Source of the DNA: Acidobacteriota bacterium
GTDB lineage: Bacteria; Acidobacteriota; Thermoanaerobaculia; Gp7-AA8
DNA length: 64,000 nt
Assembly: GCA_019244185.1 (NCBI GenBank)
Contig: JAFATB010000006.1
Span: 448,001-512,000, forward strand
Direction of reading: 5' to 3'
In this document: piece after piece, positions 63,270 to 64,000 of the stretch
Layout of the letters: the number at the start of each line of letters is the position of its first letter
Position numbering within the stretch: position 1 is the first letter of the stretch
Program-made: the position numbers and the translations under genes
Notes under the pieces: generated by a model
The model's input: only the letters and a program-made list of their open reading frames with translations
What the model was told of the DNA's origin: nothing
The model's database searches: none

Positions 63270-64000
63270 TGAGACGCCGCCTCGCCGCCGCCATCATCGC
63301 CGCCGCCGCGCTCGCCGCCGCGCACCCGCTGCGCGCCGAGCAGGCGTCGCCGCGCGATCTGTGGCCGCAGGCGCTGGCTTCCGCGCGCGACGGCGACTAT
63401 GCCGACGCCGCGAAAAAAACGTCCGACCTCCTCACCGCCGGCCACGCGTACGGCGTGAAGACGTATCCGGTTTACGCCACGGCCGCCGCGGGACTCGCGC
63501 GCGAGTCGGCGAAAGCAACCCCGGAGCTGAGCGCGTGGGCCGCGAAGGCCGCGCACGATCTCGATCCCGCGTCGCCGTCCGTTGCCTTCAGTGAAGCCGA
63601 TCGCGCCGCGGCGCACGGCGAGTGGGGCAAGGCGCTGCCGCTCGTCGCGCAGGGTTTCGCGCGCGTCTTCGGCAACTATCGCGCGCGGACGCTCGGCCAC
63701 GCGGATTTGCTGCTCGTCGTCGCGCTGGCGATCGCGCTCACCACGGTCGTCTTCGCGATCGCGCTCTTCTTCCGCTACGGCCGCTCGGCCGCGCACGACT
63801 TCCGCGAGCTGCTCGGCACGCGCGTGCACGGCGGCTCGGTGACCGTGCTCGCGTTCGCGATGCTGTTCCTGCCGCTGTTCCTCTGGCTCGGTCCGATGTG
63901 GCTGATCTTCTACTGGCTGGCGATCTTCTTCGGCTACGCCGCGCCGGCCGAGCGCGTCGTCGCGATCGTGCTGCTGCTCCTCGTCGCGCTCGTGCCGATC
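63269..64000 (+). CDS. Exported/membrane protein, truncated at the window edge
   Basis: ATG overlaps the upstream stop (TGATG). Signal-like N-terminus, helical region, then TM helices. Frame stays open to the end. Confidence 0.7.
   Translation, partial: MRRRLAAAIIAAAALAAAHPLRAEQASPRDLWPQALASARDGDYADAAKKTSDLLTAGHAYGVKTYPVYATAAAGLARESAKATPELSAWAAKAAHDLDPASPSVAFSEADRAAAHGEWGKALPLVAQGFARVFGNYRARTLGHADLLLVVALAIALTTVVFAIALFFRYGRSAAHDFRELLGTRVHGGSVTVLAFAMLFLPLFLWLGPMWLIFYWLAIFFGYAAPAERVVAIVLLLLVALVPI

Overview
High-GC bacterial chromosome segment. The gene content (pilB-pilT-pilC-pilS, ADP-heptose/LPS genes, nadB, valS-birA-coaX, lon, nrdR, tandem secreted IPT/TIG paralogs) resembles Acidobacteriota, possibly Thermoanaerobaculia; this taxonomic call is inference. 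Most of the window is housekeeping. Two accessory regions stand out. (1) A 3,704-bp IS1-family element at 28480-32183, with 35-bp terminal inverted repeats and an 8-bp target duplication (ATACTTCC), inserted between the csgG-like gene terminator and the lexA promoter. Its cargo is a transcription unit with a near-consensus promoter, encoding an RNA-polymerase-delta-like (HARE-HTH) protein followed by two non-canonical tRNA-like genes, plus a 60-bp-arm hairpin, a small basic protein, three HTH proteins and an orphan HicB-like protein. (2) An island at about 47.3-55.7 kb with a signal-peptide Rhs toxin, a candidate immunity gene and a YfhO-like GT-C enzyme. Other signals include a 79-bp element repeated upstream of both nadB and coaX, a candidate ECF-driven anti-SD sRNA, 11-bp-period repeats over the lexA promoter, an NrdR/DnaA/parS-like cluster at the left edge, and frequent leaderless-type promoters. 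All family assignments come from motif recognition by eye, not database searches.
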